A stretch of DNA of 64,000 bases from Antedon mediterranea (taxonomy: Eukaryota > Animalia > Echinodermata). Below the pieces are notes generated by a model. The model searched no databases and was not told where the DNA came from. It saw nothing but the letters and a program-made list of their open reading frames with translations. Below are positions 37,006-48,004 of the stretch, piece by piece. The position numbers were made by a program, and so were the translations under genes. Positions within the stretch are counted from its first letter, which is position 1. The number at the start of each line of letters is the position of its first letter. The stretch is taken from assembly GCF_964355755.1 (NCBI RefSeq), contig NC_092671.1, positions 8,370,001 to 8,434,000 of the forward strand, in the 5' to 3' direction.

Positions 37006-40000
37006 TTAACCAGAGCCTTCTTCTCGTTCTGCATCTTCTTCACACTCAAAGTACTGGGAAGAAAGACATTCACATCGTTGACCTCGTAATGTGAATCTAT
37101 CACCGATCTGAAGAATAGAACAATTACATTTTGATATAAACTGAGCCAGGACTGTTTTAAAGCACCTTTGTTAGCTTGCTACCATTGATCAAGTGATTCT
37201 TTCGCCCAATGCCCACCTTAAGCAGAGGACAGGATACGTCTGAGGCAGATGGACACTAAATGCATCTAGTATGTGTTATATGAACTATAGTAACATTCGT
37301 AACGATTCTGTGGCAATTATGGTATTGATGACGTTGACAATCGACCCATTTCGGGTAATTCCAAATACAAATAATATTTAAAAACATCAATTTCTGTTGG
37401 CGTTATCGACTACTTCATTTAGTATGTCGTATTTTAGAGTATGTTACACCTTTTATTCTGAACTCCTGATCGTCAAGAAGTAAAGATAAAATACCTGAAA
37501 GTATTTCTGTATTTCGTCAACGTAGCAGCCACACCTCTGCTCGGGAACACAGTGTCCATCGTTATCTAACATCAATCCCTCTTCGCATTTACAATGTGCG
37601 CACATTTTGTTACAAATAATGTGATTTGTGTCGATACCCTGAACGAAGTCCACACAGTTTGGCTGGCAAGCACGTGCACACTTGGCTTCGATTTGGTTAA
37701 AAGGACAATCACGACCTAAAAAATGTGATCAAATGTATAACTATGTGTATGTATACTTGTATTTGCTCTCATGATTGGTTTTAGAGGTAGGCCTACATTC
37801 CGCATTCGCATCCGCACTCCATTATGAGGCATAGGGCTTAAAATGTTAACTCGTCCTAAATATCATCGATTTTTTTGTAATATTATACAAAATTAAATGT
37901 TCTATAGGCTTACGTTTGCAAGTCTTGAAACTAGATACAGTATATACTCATATTAATGATCGAAAGACAAAAATCATCTAGAAAAGGAGACATTATTGAG
38001 AAATGAGAAGATGGTGATTTAGGGAAATTCAAATTTAGTTTACCAAATGATGTATGTAGCAATAATAATGCTAACTTTGACCGATGTGCAATACTTCATG
38101 CTATATTTGTGTATTTTTATCAGGAAAAAGATTTTTTTTTTCTATGCGCTTCTAAAAGTGACAATAACATATCTTGTCTGTTTGGATACCCTTTAACAAA
38201 CACTAATCAAACTAAACCTGCTGGGCCTGGACCTGATGGACCTTCTTGTTTTGGGCCTGGTGGTAGTCCTTGAGTTGGTGGAGGTCCTTGAGTTGGTGGA
38301 GGTCCTTGAGTAGGTGATGGTCTTTGTGCTGCTTGACTTTGTTGTACTCCTGGTGTACCTTTTGGTCCTGATGGAAATTGTGGTCCTGATGGAACTTGAG
38401 GGCCCGGAGGCGGTGCTGTTGGTCCTGTTGGACCTTTTGGTCCTGTTGGACCTTTTGATCCTGTTGGACCTTCTGGTCCTGTTGGACCTTCTGGTCCTGC
38501 TGGACCTGATGGGCCTGATGGACCAGATGGGCCTGATGGACCAGATGGGCCTGATGGGCCTGGTGGTCCTGGTGGTCCTGGTGGTCCTGGTGGTCCTGGT
38601 GATCCTGGTGGTCCTGGTGGTGAAGGGCCATCGTCAGGACATGAACAACGCAGGCATCCAAATTCGTCGGGTGTTGGCGGAGCAAGTGGCTTTTTACAAC
38701 CACAAGGTGGACATTCACGAGGCGGACCGTCGTCACGAGGAGGGCCATCGTCACGAGGAGGGCCGTCGTCACGAGGAGGGCCGTCGTCACGAGGAGGGCC
38801 GTCGTCACGAGGCGGGCCGTCGTCCCGAGGGGGGCCGCCATCACGAGAAGGGCCTATAATTGAATTAGAATATTTTAAAGTTAAAACAACATCTACATCC
38901 TTTGAAATTAGTTTATGTTATGTATATGCCTTATTTAGATGTTTTCTTTTAATATGAATAATTCACTGTCTGGTATCGATGTGTCAATTTCCCAAGCATT
39001 ACATTTATATTCCTCTAGTAGGAGACAACTTTATTTATAGAAATGAAAAATATTATCTACTGTACATCAGCACCCACTACAAAAAAATACATACCTAATA
39101 TAAAATCTAGTATATCTAGTATGGGACAGCGGCATGTCATGCAATTATTTTCATCTAATCTTGGAAATATATTCTTGGGTCTTTTACATCGACATGGAGC
39201 ACAGCATACTTCTTTCTCTGCTTGGGAATAATAGTTAATTTAATACACTTTTTTGTTGGCAACAATTTCATAAACATATTCATTTGTGTACTGTATTTAT
39301 CATTACCTTTAACGTTTAACGAATGAAAAGTACATCAAGCTCTTAGTACAGAACAGTAATGTACTCACTTTTGTTCAGACCATCTCCTCTAGGGCCTTTA
39401 GTGTGTGAGCGATGTGCGTCTCTGGTCTCCCTGGGTGGTAATGGTTCTTCCACGGGACAGGTGCATCGAATGCACCCATTTTCATTTACGAATGGAGGTC
39501 CAAAAGGAATTTCACACTCACATTCCGGACATTCAGGACCTGTATCACAAAGGGAAAAAATTGTGTTTTTTATTTATTTTCATATAGTATGCTAAGTGAT
39601 ACGAAAAAGCATGACAGCGTAAAACAAGATTCATTGTAATAAAAAGCAAAATGGGAATCTAAAGTAAAGTAAACTTTTGATTTGCGACGACCGAAGACCA
39701 TCCTATATCAAGTTTGATGTGTGTTCAGTCGTCTTCAGGACCTAAAAACTAACAAATCTGTGTCGAGATAGTGGGGAGCGAAGACATACGCCTCGATTCC
39801 GCATAATCTGTGTCGAGATAGTGGGGAGCGAAGACATACGCCTCGATTCCGCATAATCTGTGTCGAGATAGTGGGGAGCGAAGACATACGCCTCGATTCC
39901 GCATAATCTGTGTCGAGATAGTGGGGAGCGAAGACATACGCCTCGATTCCGCATAATCTGTGTCGAGATAGTGGGGAGCGAAGACATACGCCTCGATTCC

Positions 40001-43000
40001 GCATGTGCTGCGCACAATGAATTAAAATAACGTAGTTTGTCCCCTCAATATTGTATCACCCTATTCTCAATCGGTGATACAAAATTACGTTCTATAAAAC
40101 ACAAGAGCTTATGGAATTTGCTGCAAAGGTTTACCGGAAAGGTGTGTAATATTGAAGCTGTTGCTCTGTTTTATACCAGACTTAATAATCCATAATAATT
40201 TTATATAATTAAGTTACTCTACATATTAGTTGGATCAAAGTTTAAATGAGTAGCAAGACAGGATATTGTGCCGGCACTCCTTTCAAATTGGATCATATTT
40301 TAATCGCTTAATAAAGAAAGGTCCTCGGTATGGGTGTCAACAGGATTTAGGAGGATTTCGCGAATAAATATTATTTTGAGAGATTTTAAGTAAACTCTAT
40401 AGTAACATAGTACAGACACTATTTATAACTATACACAACGTAGCAAAATATAGTAAGTCAATTATTTTATGGTTTATCAAAAAGAAAAAAATACAACCAT
40501 ATCAACAAAATATTTTACAGAAATGTTTTCCCAAACAGTTTCAAAAGTTTCTTGAACTTAAATACAGTTGGAAATTTGCCTGACAAGCTTAGAAATCGGG
40601 AGATGTAGTAAAATTAAAGTATATGGTTGAGAATTTGACATGCAAAATAATAAGTGAGAATAATTTCACCCAATCAATTCATCCATTTTATTTTCTGCAC
40701 ATGACCTACCCGCTGGTGGTTCTGGTGGTGGTGGTGGCCCACAGTCACACACTTGGCATCCGTTTTCATCAGTAGCAATAGGGGCATCTGGCATTGGATC
40801 ACACAAGCAGGGTTTGCAAGCTGTAACAGAAAGAAGGGGAATGACATATTTACACAAACGTCTTATACATTGCACTAGTAGAAACACTATCAGAAAAACG
40901 AAAAAGTCAAAACCATTACACCTTTTGGGCCTGTATAAAGTATTACGGGTAGTATGGTAATTACGGAAATACTAACAATATTAACGTAGGCAAAAACTAA
41001 TCTAACCCTCTGCAACCTGATTTTAAAATTGGTATAAAAATACCTTTTCCTAAAAAAAAAAAAAATATTTGTCCGAACATTCGAATGGCTAAAGGGGAGT
41101 TTTGGTCAGGCGGTTTAGGACGATAGTCATATCAACTTTCAGGTTATTGCTATTGCAATATAGATTACACTTATTATAATAAACTTTTTTTTTATAAATG
41201 ATAATCAACATGATAATATATGTATATAAATTATAATTCAATAAAGTGGTACATACGGACTGGGGGTTTGGGTGGACATGCGCACTTCAGACATCTATTC
41301 TCATCGATAAGTTGAAGTGGAAAAGGATTTTTACACGGACATGGTTTACAGCATTTACCTGAAAGAAAACAAATAAAAATAATGCAACGTCAAGTTTGCT
41401 TAGGTGATACAATATTATAGCAACTTTCTACTTTGTTTTCGATACACACGTACATTCAATAAAGAATGAACCTTTGTGCAGTTTCTTCTGTAGATACGCT
41501 TGTATAAAATATATATATAATATAATCTAAAAAGTAGAATTTATAAAAACTATATAATATTTATGAATCAGTTGATGAATAAAATATATGAATGAAGGAG
41601 TAAAAAGGTCCAAAACAGGCCTACCTTTTGGACCAATTGGTCCTTCTTCTGGTGGTGGACATTTACATTCTGGACATCCGTTTGAATCAATGGGAGCGTC
41701 AGACTTAACTCCACATGGACATTTGGGACAACCACCTATAAAATAAATGTAAATAAAAATGTATTTTATTAAGCGCTATTTACATAGAACTTACAAAATG
41801 GTACAAACAACATCAAAAATTGTATCGAATTTTCTATATTATGTATAAAATGTTATTTCAGTTTTTGTTTTTAACTACATGGATTCGTTTTTAAGGTTAT
41901 TGCTATATGTACAGTACTTTTGTATTTTATGAAAACGAATACCGAAATTTTGAAATTAATGAATGAAAATAAAACTTTTACAAAATGTTTTACCTGGTGG
42001 TGGAGGGGGTGGAAGCTTACATACGCAAGTTTTACACCCATTCTCATCCGGTTGGGTGCCAAGATCACAGCGGATTAAACACGTAATTGGTGGACATGTT
42101 GGTTCTGAAACAATAACTATCAGTAAAACGAATTAATGTTACCTATGTATCAGGATTGTTTAGAGAAAGTTTTTTTTCCGGTCATCGAAATATAGGAGCT
42201 CCAAAGAAAGATTCAAAGACAACCTAAAGAAAAACCTAAATTCTGGTCACATTAACCATAACCAATGGTCCACTCAACCCACAAACCGTGTGGCTTGGCG
42301 TCACACCACCCACCAAGCGGTCAACTCCTTCGAAAACACACGCAGGATAGCCCTTGAAGAAAAAAGAAAAAATCGAAAAAATCGCAATGCTAAACCACAA
42401 CCACAAGAGCTGCATCCGACATTCCTCTGCAGCCGCTGTGGACCGACATGCCTTTCTTGCATCGGACTTGTCAGCCACAAACGAGTCTGTGACAGACGTG
42501 GACAAACTCCTTTATAACAATCTTCGTTCGCGAAGCAAAGCCAAGAAGAAGAGACGAAATTTAGAAATTAATGAATGAATGAAAATAAAACTTTTACAAA
42601 ACTTAAATGTTTTACCTGGTGGCGGAGGAGGTGGAAGGTAACATACGCAAGTTTCACACCCATTCTCATCCGTTATGGTGCCAAAATCACAGCGGATTAA
42701 ACACGTAATTGGTGGACATGTTGGTTCTGAAATAATAACTATCAGTAAAACGAATTAATGTTACCTATGTATCAGGATTGTTTAGAGAAAGTTTTTTTCT
42801 CAAATTAAATTTCAACCAGCACCATAAAATATATTAAGATTTCCGGCGGTTTGTTTGGTTAGCAAAACAAACAAACGATGAAAACAAAATTATTTTGTCT
42901 CCATTTTTAGTTCAGTTACAACATTCATGTGTACAAATATGTAAACATGTTTCATCATTGTTTTAAATATTTTATATTGTTTTATTACAAACAATATACA

Positions 43001-43365
43001 ACAATATCATGGACAATGAACAAAAATCCTCTACGCCTAGGTAATCCGTGAAGGTTTAAGAATAACAACTTGTTTCCAATCTGTCGTCTTTGCCCAGTTT
43101 CTCCAAAACCATAGTCATAATTGGTATCTCCAAGTATCAAACATAAACCTTACATGATATATGATATTGGGCAAATATTGTAGTATGTGGAGATACAGCA
43201 CTGAGAATCGGGTTTACCAAGTGAAAATGAAGAAATCGCAAAATAAAGTAAACGATTAAAAAGCAAACAATGTTTCAAAACCAATGTTTTCCTACCTTGA
43301 GCGTTGACAATCAGTGATGCCAACACCAATACACCAGAAAACACCAAAACAATCGACTTCACCAT
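37006..43365 (-). CDS. Secreted Cys/Pro-rich mosaic protein: signal peptide + 8 antistasin-like modules + (GPPRDD)n + collagen Gly-X-Y x22 + TIL/TILa, ~622 aa, 11 exons
   Basis: Exons 43365-43296, 42726-42616, 42104-41994, 41735-41625, 41358-41257, 40820-40710, 39539-39369, 39217-39095, 38853-38218, 37715-37495 and 37107-37006 join in frame. Signal peptide [24 protein letters not shown]; module [26 protein letters not shown]; [21 protein letters not shown]...[28 protein letters not shown]; ends [11 protein letters not shown]. Confidence 0.85.
39755..40004. repeat. Minisatellite, 50-bp unit x5 (perfect)
   Basis: Unit AATCTGTGTCGAGATAGTGGGGAGCGAAGACATACGCCTCGATTCCGCAT; the copies are contiguous with no spacers. 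Confidence 0.97.
42179..42554 (+). mobile_element. 5'-truncated RTE/RTE-X-like non-LTR retrotransposon 3' end
   Basis: Translates (with a frameshift) as RFKDNLK...[32 protein letters not shown]...[23 protein letters not shown] (C-terminal zinc-finger-like), followed by a short 3' UTR and an (AAG)n tail. Flanked by ~240-bp direct repeats. Confidence 0.8.
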
Positions 43366-43433
43366 TTTGTCAGTGTAATGGAAAGTGATAGTGATGTCTA
43401 AGGAAATAGTATGTGCTCTTAGATTACCTTGCT

Positions 43434-43441
43434 CTTATATA
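43434..43441 (-). promoter_or_regulatory. Putative TATA box of the antistasin/collagen gene
   Basis: TATATAAG on the minus strand, ~70 bp upstream of the ATG at 43365. Confidence 0.5.
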
Positions 43442-43829
43442 GGAAACTTTCGAACAAACCCTTTCCGATTGGATTCGACTATTTATCCGTATGGGATGGT
43501 CTCTTCGAAGGTCGATGAAAAATAGTGAAATTCGATATGCCCTGAATTTAAAATAAGTTCAAAGTAACTTTATCTAAATTCATATAATACCCAATGGTTC
43601 TGGACACACATATAACGTACAGTAGTACGTAGGCCTACAATATCATCATAATCGACAATCATTAAGCTTTGACATTTTCCTGCTACGTTTTTCTATTAAA
43701 TCATTGGGCCTATTATTAAACAGCATTGATCACGAAAAAGCTTCTTTTTTTTTTTCAAACACACACATTTTCTAACTGTTTGAACATATTCAGTTATTTC
43801 TATACTTAGACTTTCCCCAAGTCTGTATG

Positions 43830-44613
43830 GGATATGACCGATTGGGCCGCCGACAAGTTGAGCCGCCGGTGATTTCTATGAAACGCCCAGTGCATGCGTC
43901 TTTTACGACATTTCGCGTAGTGATTAGGATGGTGTCCTAGTACATAAGTTCATGGTCTTGGTTTATTGTGTCATGAAAATAAATAATATATAATTACATA
44001 TTACAATTAACAACACAGCAAAGGAAAGTAGTAATATTTAATTGTTTTTAATCTTTCGAGGAAAAAATTCAGTGCACTCATTCATAATTGTTCTCACGTG
44101 TAGGCCTACCACCTAAAGTCACGTTGTCTCTCAGGACTAATTAATAGGGTATTAACATTCTTCGAATGAGGTTAAATAAATATTATTTTTTATATACTAA
44201 TCTTTTAATATCATATTTTATTGAATTTTACAATGTTAATACACAAAATATTTTACTAAAAAACGTGATTTTATGTAATTATTTAACCGAAAAATGGAGT
44301 AGGCCTAGTTCATACAACTGCCGACTGAGGGGCAACATGTTTACGTCATTTTTGGCTAAAAACGATCACTTTGTTCGGTGATGTTTTTTTATATTTTGGA
44401 ATCTACAAGCCAGATTTTCATAATTATTTCTTTAATTATAATATTTAATAATATATATACTAAAAACCATGATATATAAACTTTTGAATGTACATCGTTA
44501 TCCCTAATATAAATAGAACGAGCACCGGCGAAAGTTAGCATTTGGCGTTCCATAGAAAATAACGTTTTTCTGGCGGCGGCTCAACTTGTCGGCGGCTCAA
44601 CTTGGCCTAATCC
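43830..44613. mobile_element. Non-autonomous DNA transposon (MULE-like) with ~35-bp imperfect TIRs
   Basis: GGAT...GCCGCCGACAAGTTGAGCCGCCG / CGGCGGCTCAACTTGTCGGCGGC...ATCC, with flanking direct repeat GTCTGTAT (43821-43828, 44614-44621). Confidence 0.75.
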
Positions 44614-45779
44614 GTCTGTATTTGTTGGCCTTTTATTTTTATATTTATATTTATTTATTTATTTATTTCATTTCGATATTTTTTTTACTTTCGATAGTAT
44701 ACGTATGAAACGCCATGTATGCCAAAATATTTATCTACACTGTACCTTTTGAAATTACATTGGCTATACGAGATTAAATTATAACCGGAAGTATTATTCT
44801 TTCACTTAATTGTTAAGAGTTTCAATTTGTCGAATTAGTGATGTTAGTTCAGCCTGCGGTTAGATCAGTATAACTGGAGGGAGGTACTGGTATTAAACCA
44901 TGGAGGTATTTCCTCCATGGACAGTTTCGAAACATTCTAACGTCAAAGGGTGTAGTTGAGAGGGCCGTAATAAAAACTGGTTGAAGGTTCGTGAACTTGT
45001 GCAATTGAAAGTGCATCCAGCAGCCATTGACTTGTGCTTCTCCATCACGCATTTTTACCGATTAAGATTTTGTTGAGGCATTGGTTAATCCATGGAAAAA
45101 TAACGTTTCTCCATGATTAATCTTTACTACTACTGTACTAATCCCATCACATGACTTATGGAGGTATTAGAGTCTAATGGTTTAATCCCATCGCATTACT
45201 AACGATATTTCCGCTGTAATTTTATGGAAAAGTAGAAAAGTAAACGCTGGGGAAATTCTGTTACGTACAAGCGACGTGTTTCAAGGCTCTTGGTATGGAT
45301 AGGTAATTTAGATATCTGAAAATTACAGAGTCTGATTGATAGTTATTGTCCATATGCAGAGCAGTTTTTGCTGTAATTGTTTTTTAACGTTCTTGTTGTC
45401 TATGCCTTGATATCAATGGATGGGTACTATTTCAAAGAAATGGGTTTTTATATTGATTATGGTAAACGACGCTTGTTGGATGAATTCATGAGTGTTATTG
45501 TGTTGTACTGATGATCTTGTTTATTTATTTTAATTTCATTTTTTTCAGAACAGAATAAATCACTCAACATTGTTAATTCAAAGGTTGTTTTGTTTCAGTA
45601 TATCTCTGAGTTTGTGGGCAAACAAAAAAAAAAGATTTGAATTTTAATCTAAGGATATTGCGAAATATCAGGCGCATAATGTTATTATGTTATTATATAT
45701 AAACACCGCCCACCTATTGTTGAAATCGGCGAAAATATAATAAAATCTATAGTAGCTATGACTTTAAACACATTTCAAT

Positions 45780-46230
45780 TAGGCTAATGTCTTGTTTTTG
45801 TACGTTAAAGATTTGTTTTTTTATTTAGTAAATTTATGTAAATCAGCAAAACACAAACAATCTCATATTGTTTTGAACTGCATGATACAAATCTTTGAAT
45901 TCCTCTGATATCTTATAAGATATTGTAATATCGTCAGGGTCCCACAATGTTTTAAACCGTAACCTAGTTGAATTACGTTCTTGTATGTTTGTTGACGTCA
46001 GCCACAAAAAACATATATATTCAACCTGAACTGCTATTTGTTTTATGACAATTTAAACAAACAAATCGGATAGAATAAAAGGAAATTAAACATTTGTCTC
46101 CATTATTCAATTTAGATCTGTTTAAAATGTTTTCTCTTGAGGAAAACTTGTAGAAATTGTTACGATGTTTTATGACTCCTGCGTAATCAACAATCTGATA
46201 AAAAGCTTCTATTATATATAAAAACAAGAT
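45780..46230 (-). mobile_element. Highly decayed CR1/L2-like LINE 3' fragment (tentative)
   Basis: The minus-strand translation has several stops but echoes the LINE C-terminal pattern HTRT...GP.RYYN.L..DIR. Weak evidence. Confidence 0.25.
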
Positions 46231-48004
46231 TGTAAATTAACGGATGCCTTTTGAAAATAGCACGCTATTTCATTCGTTCATTCAGCACTTATACAGCCCG
46301 TAAAACATATATTTTTCAATATAGAACAGTGTATGACCGTTTTCACAAATCATTTTCCTTAAATACTAAACAAAATTTAATTTTGATGTATTATTCTCTA
46401 AAATCATGAAAAATAAATATAAATAGATAAATAGATATAAAATCAGACTTTGAATAGGCCATTTTGCAGTTTTAATGAATTAATGAAGTTATGCACCTAA
46501 ATACGAAAAAGAAAACCGAAAAAAAATCATGATTTCAATTATAAAAAGACAAAATAAACGGTTAAATTTGACAGACAATTTGACTATTTTTTGCTTTAAA
46601 TTACAGTTTTCTTTTTCAATAAAATTTTTGATCAAAGTGAATAACTATTATGTGACATGTTAGAAAATGTTTTTATAAGGGGACAATATATCTTTAAGAA
46701 TAAGTTGTATTATTAACTTAGATATGAGAATGTTATAAATTTAATGATAAATGCTTCCCTCCACCACTATGCAGTATGGTAGTTTAGTAGTATTGATTAT
46801 CACTATGTCACAAATTAATAAAAATGTTATGGAACTGACCAAATTAATAAGATAATAGATTTTATAGTCTTATGTAGTCAATGTATTAAAGGAATAGCCC
46901 AAATAAGAACACTGTCAAATAGTTATATTCAATCAATCAATTGAAGTTTATTCCACAAATCCAAGTTAATGTATACAAAAACATCTTTACATTCTATAAA
47001 GTACTGCGAGCCACAATGAGGACTGGGGTACCTGAGCTTACAGCAGACGAGTTGTAGGCCTACCTGCCTATAAGATTCTACAATATCTGTTAAAGATGCT
47101 TGAAGTTCAAATTTCATTTAAGGTCATCAGTAATGTGTATGATGGCCTAGTTGTTATATAGAAAAATTGTTAAGTAGCACATTTAGAGACTCGCATATCT
47201 ATGACGAAATTCATCTTCCTATTTAATCCAATACTCGACCATTTCAAGCGGTAAAATGGTGGGAATACTGAAAGTGATCGTGAATCCGACGGTAATTAAG
47301 ATCTTCACCGAGGTCTCTTTCACTTAGTCAAAATGGACTTTAAAGATGTGCTGTCTCTCATAAAATCCGTAAAAATCAATAAAATAATTGAATTGCTAAA
47401 TGAAACAACAACATAGGTTATATTATCTTACATAGGTTAGTATCTTGAAATAACACGTTTTTATTGAGACATTTTCACATCAAAATTATAATCGGTCTGC
47501 TTTCCAGTGTCACATGTGACGATCATAAACCTAACATAACCCTAACCGTTACATAATACAGGGTGCATTATGATACATTGTGGCATTGTATTGTAGAATT
47601 GATTGCATATGATCTGGATACATAATACCATATGTGATGTACTGTTTGTCGTCTATTTTATAATGTATTTTATGTATGAACCAAATAAATTCAATCAATC
47701 AATCAAGATTATACAAACAGAAAATCTGTATATCTATATGGTAATAAACGAATATTCAGAACACGATAACTAACCCTTTTTCCAAATTTAATTGTGTTTT
47801 GTACGATTTGTAACATACCTTTACATCATCATATCAATTATTTTCTACTTTTTGTTTAAAATGAAGTTTCACACCTTCGAGAATCTTTATAATCATGTTT
47901 CATAACATCTCATAAAAATAGGCCTGTTGGCATTTTGTTTTCTATATTAAAATCGAATTGTAAATAACATGTACAATTTCCACACGTAATTTCCTATAAG
48001 TGTA

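Noticed and set aside
38417-38614. Calling the secreted gene a true cnidarian minicollagen or a fibrillar collagen
   Set aside because: The Cys spacing is antistasin-like, not CxxxCxxxCxxxCxxxCC; there are only 22 triplets and no COLFI or NC1 domain.
38212-38859. ORF-track proteins with (QDH)n/(LLVTTA)n (minus) and (VL)n/(EEGRRH)n (plus)
   Set aside because: Off-frame and antisense readings of the Gly-Pro/collagen exon; splice phases select the GPP frame.
39755-40004. CRISPR-like regular repeat (also 18748-19180 and 27973-28915)
   Set aside because: The units are contiguous with no unique spacers, there are no cas genes, and the context is eukaryotic introns.
40670-40709. Extension of exon 6 of the secreted gene to the GT donor at 40669
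   Set aside because: That donor gives phase 2 and breaks the frame. The GTAGGT donor at 40709 gives a 111-nt phase 1-1 exon like its paralogues.
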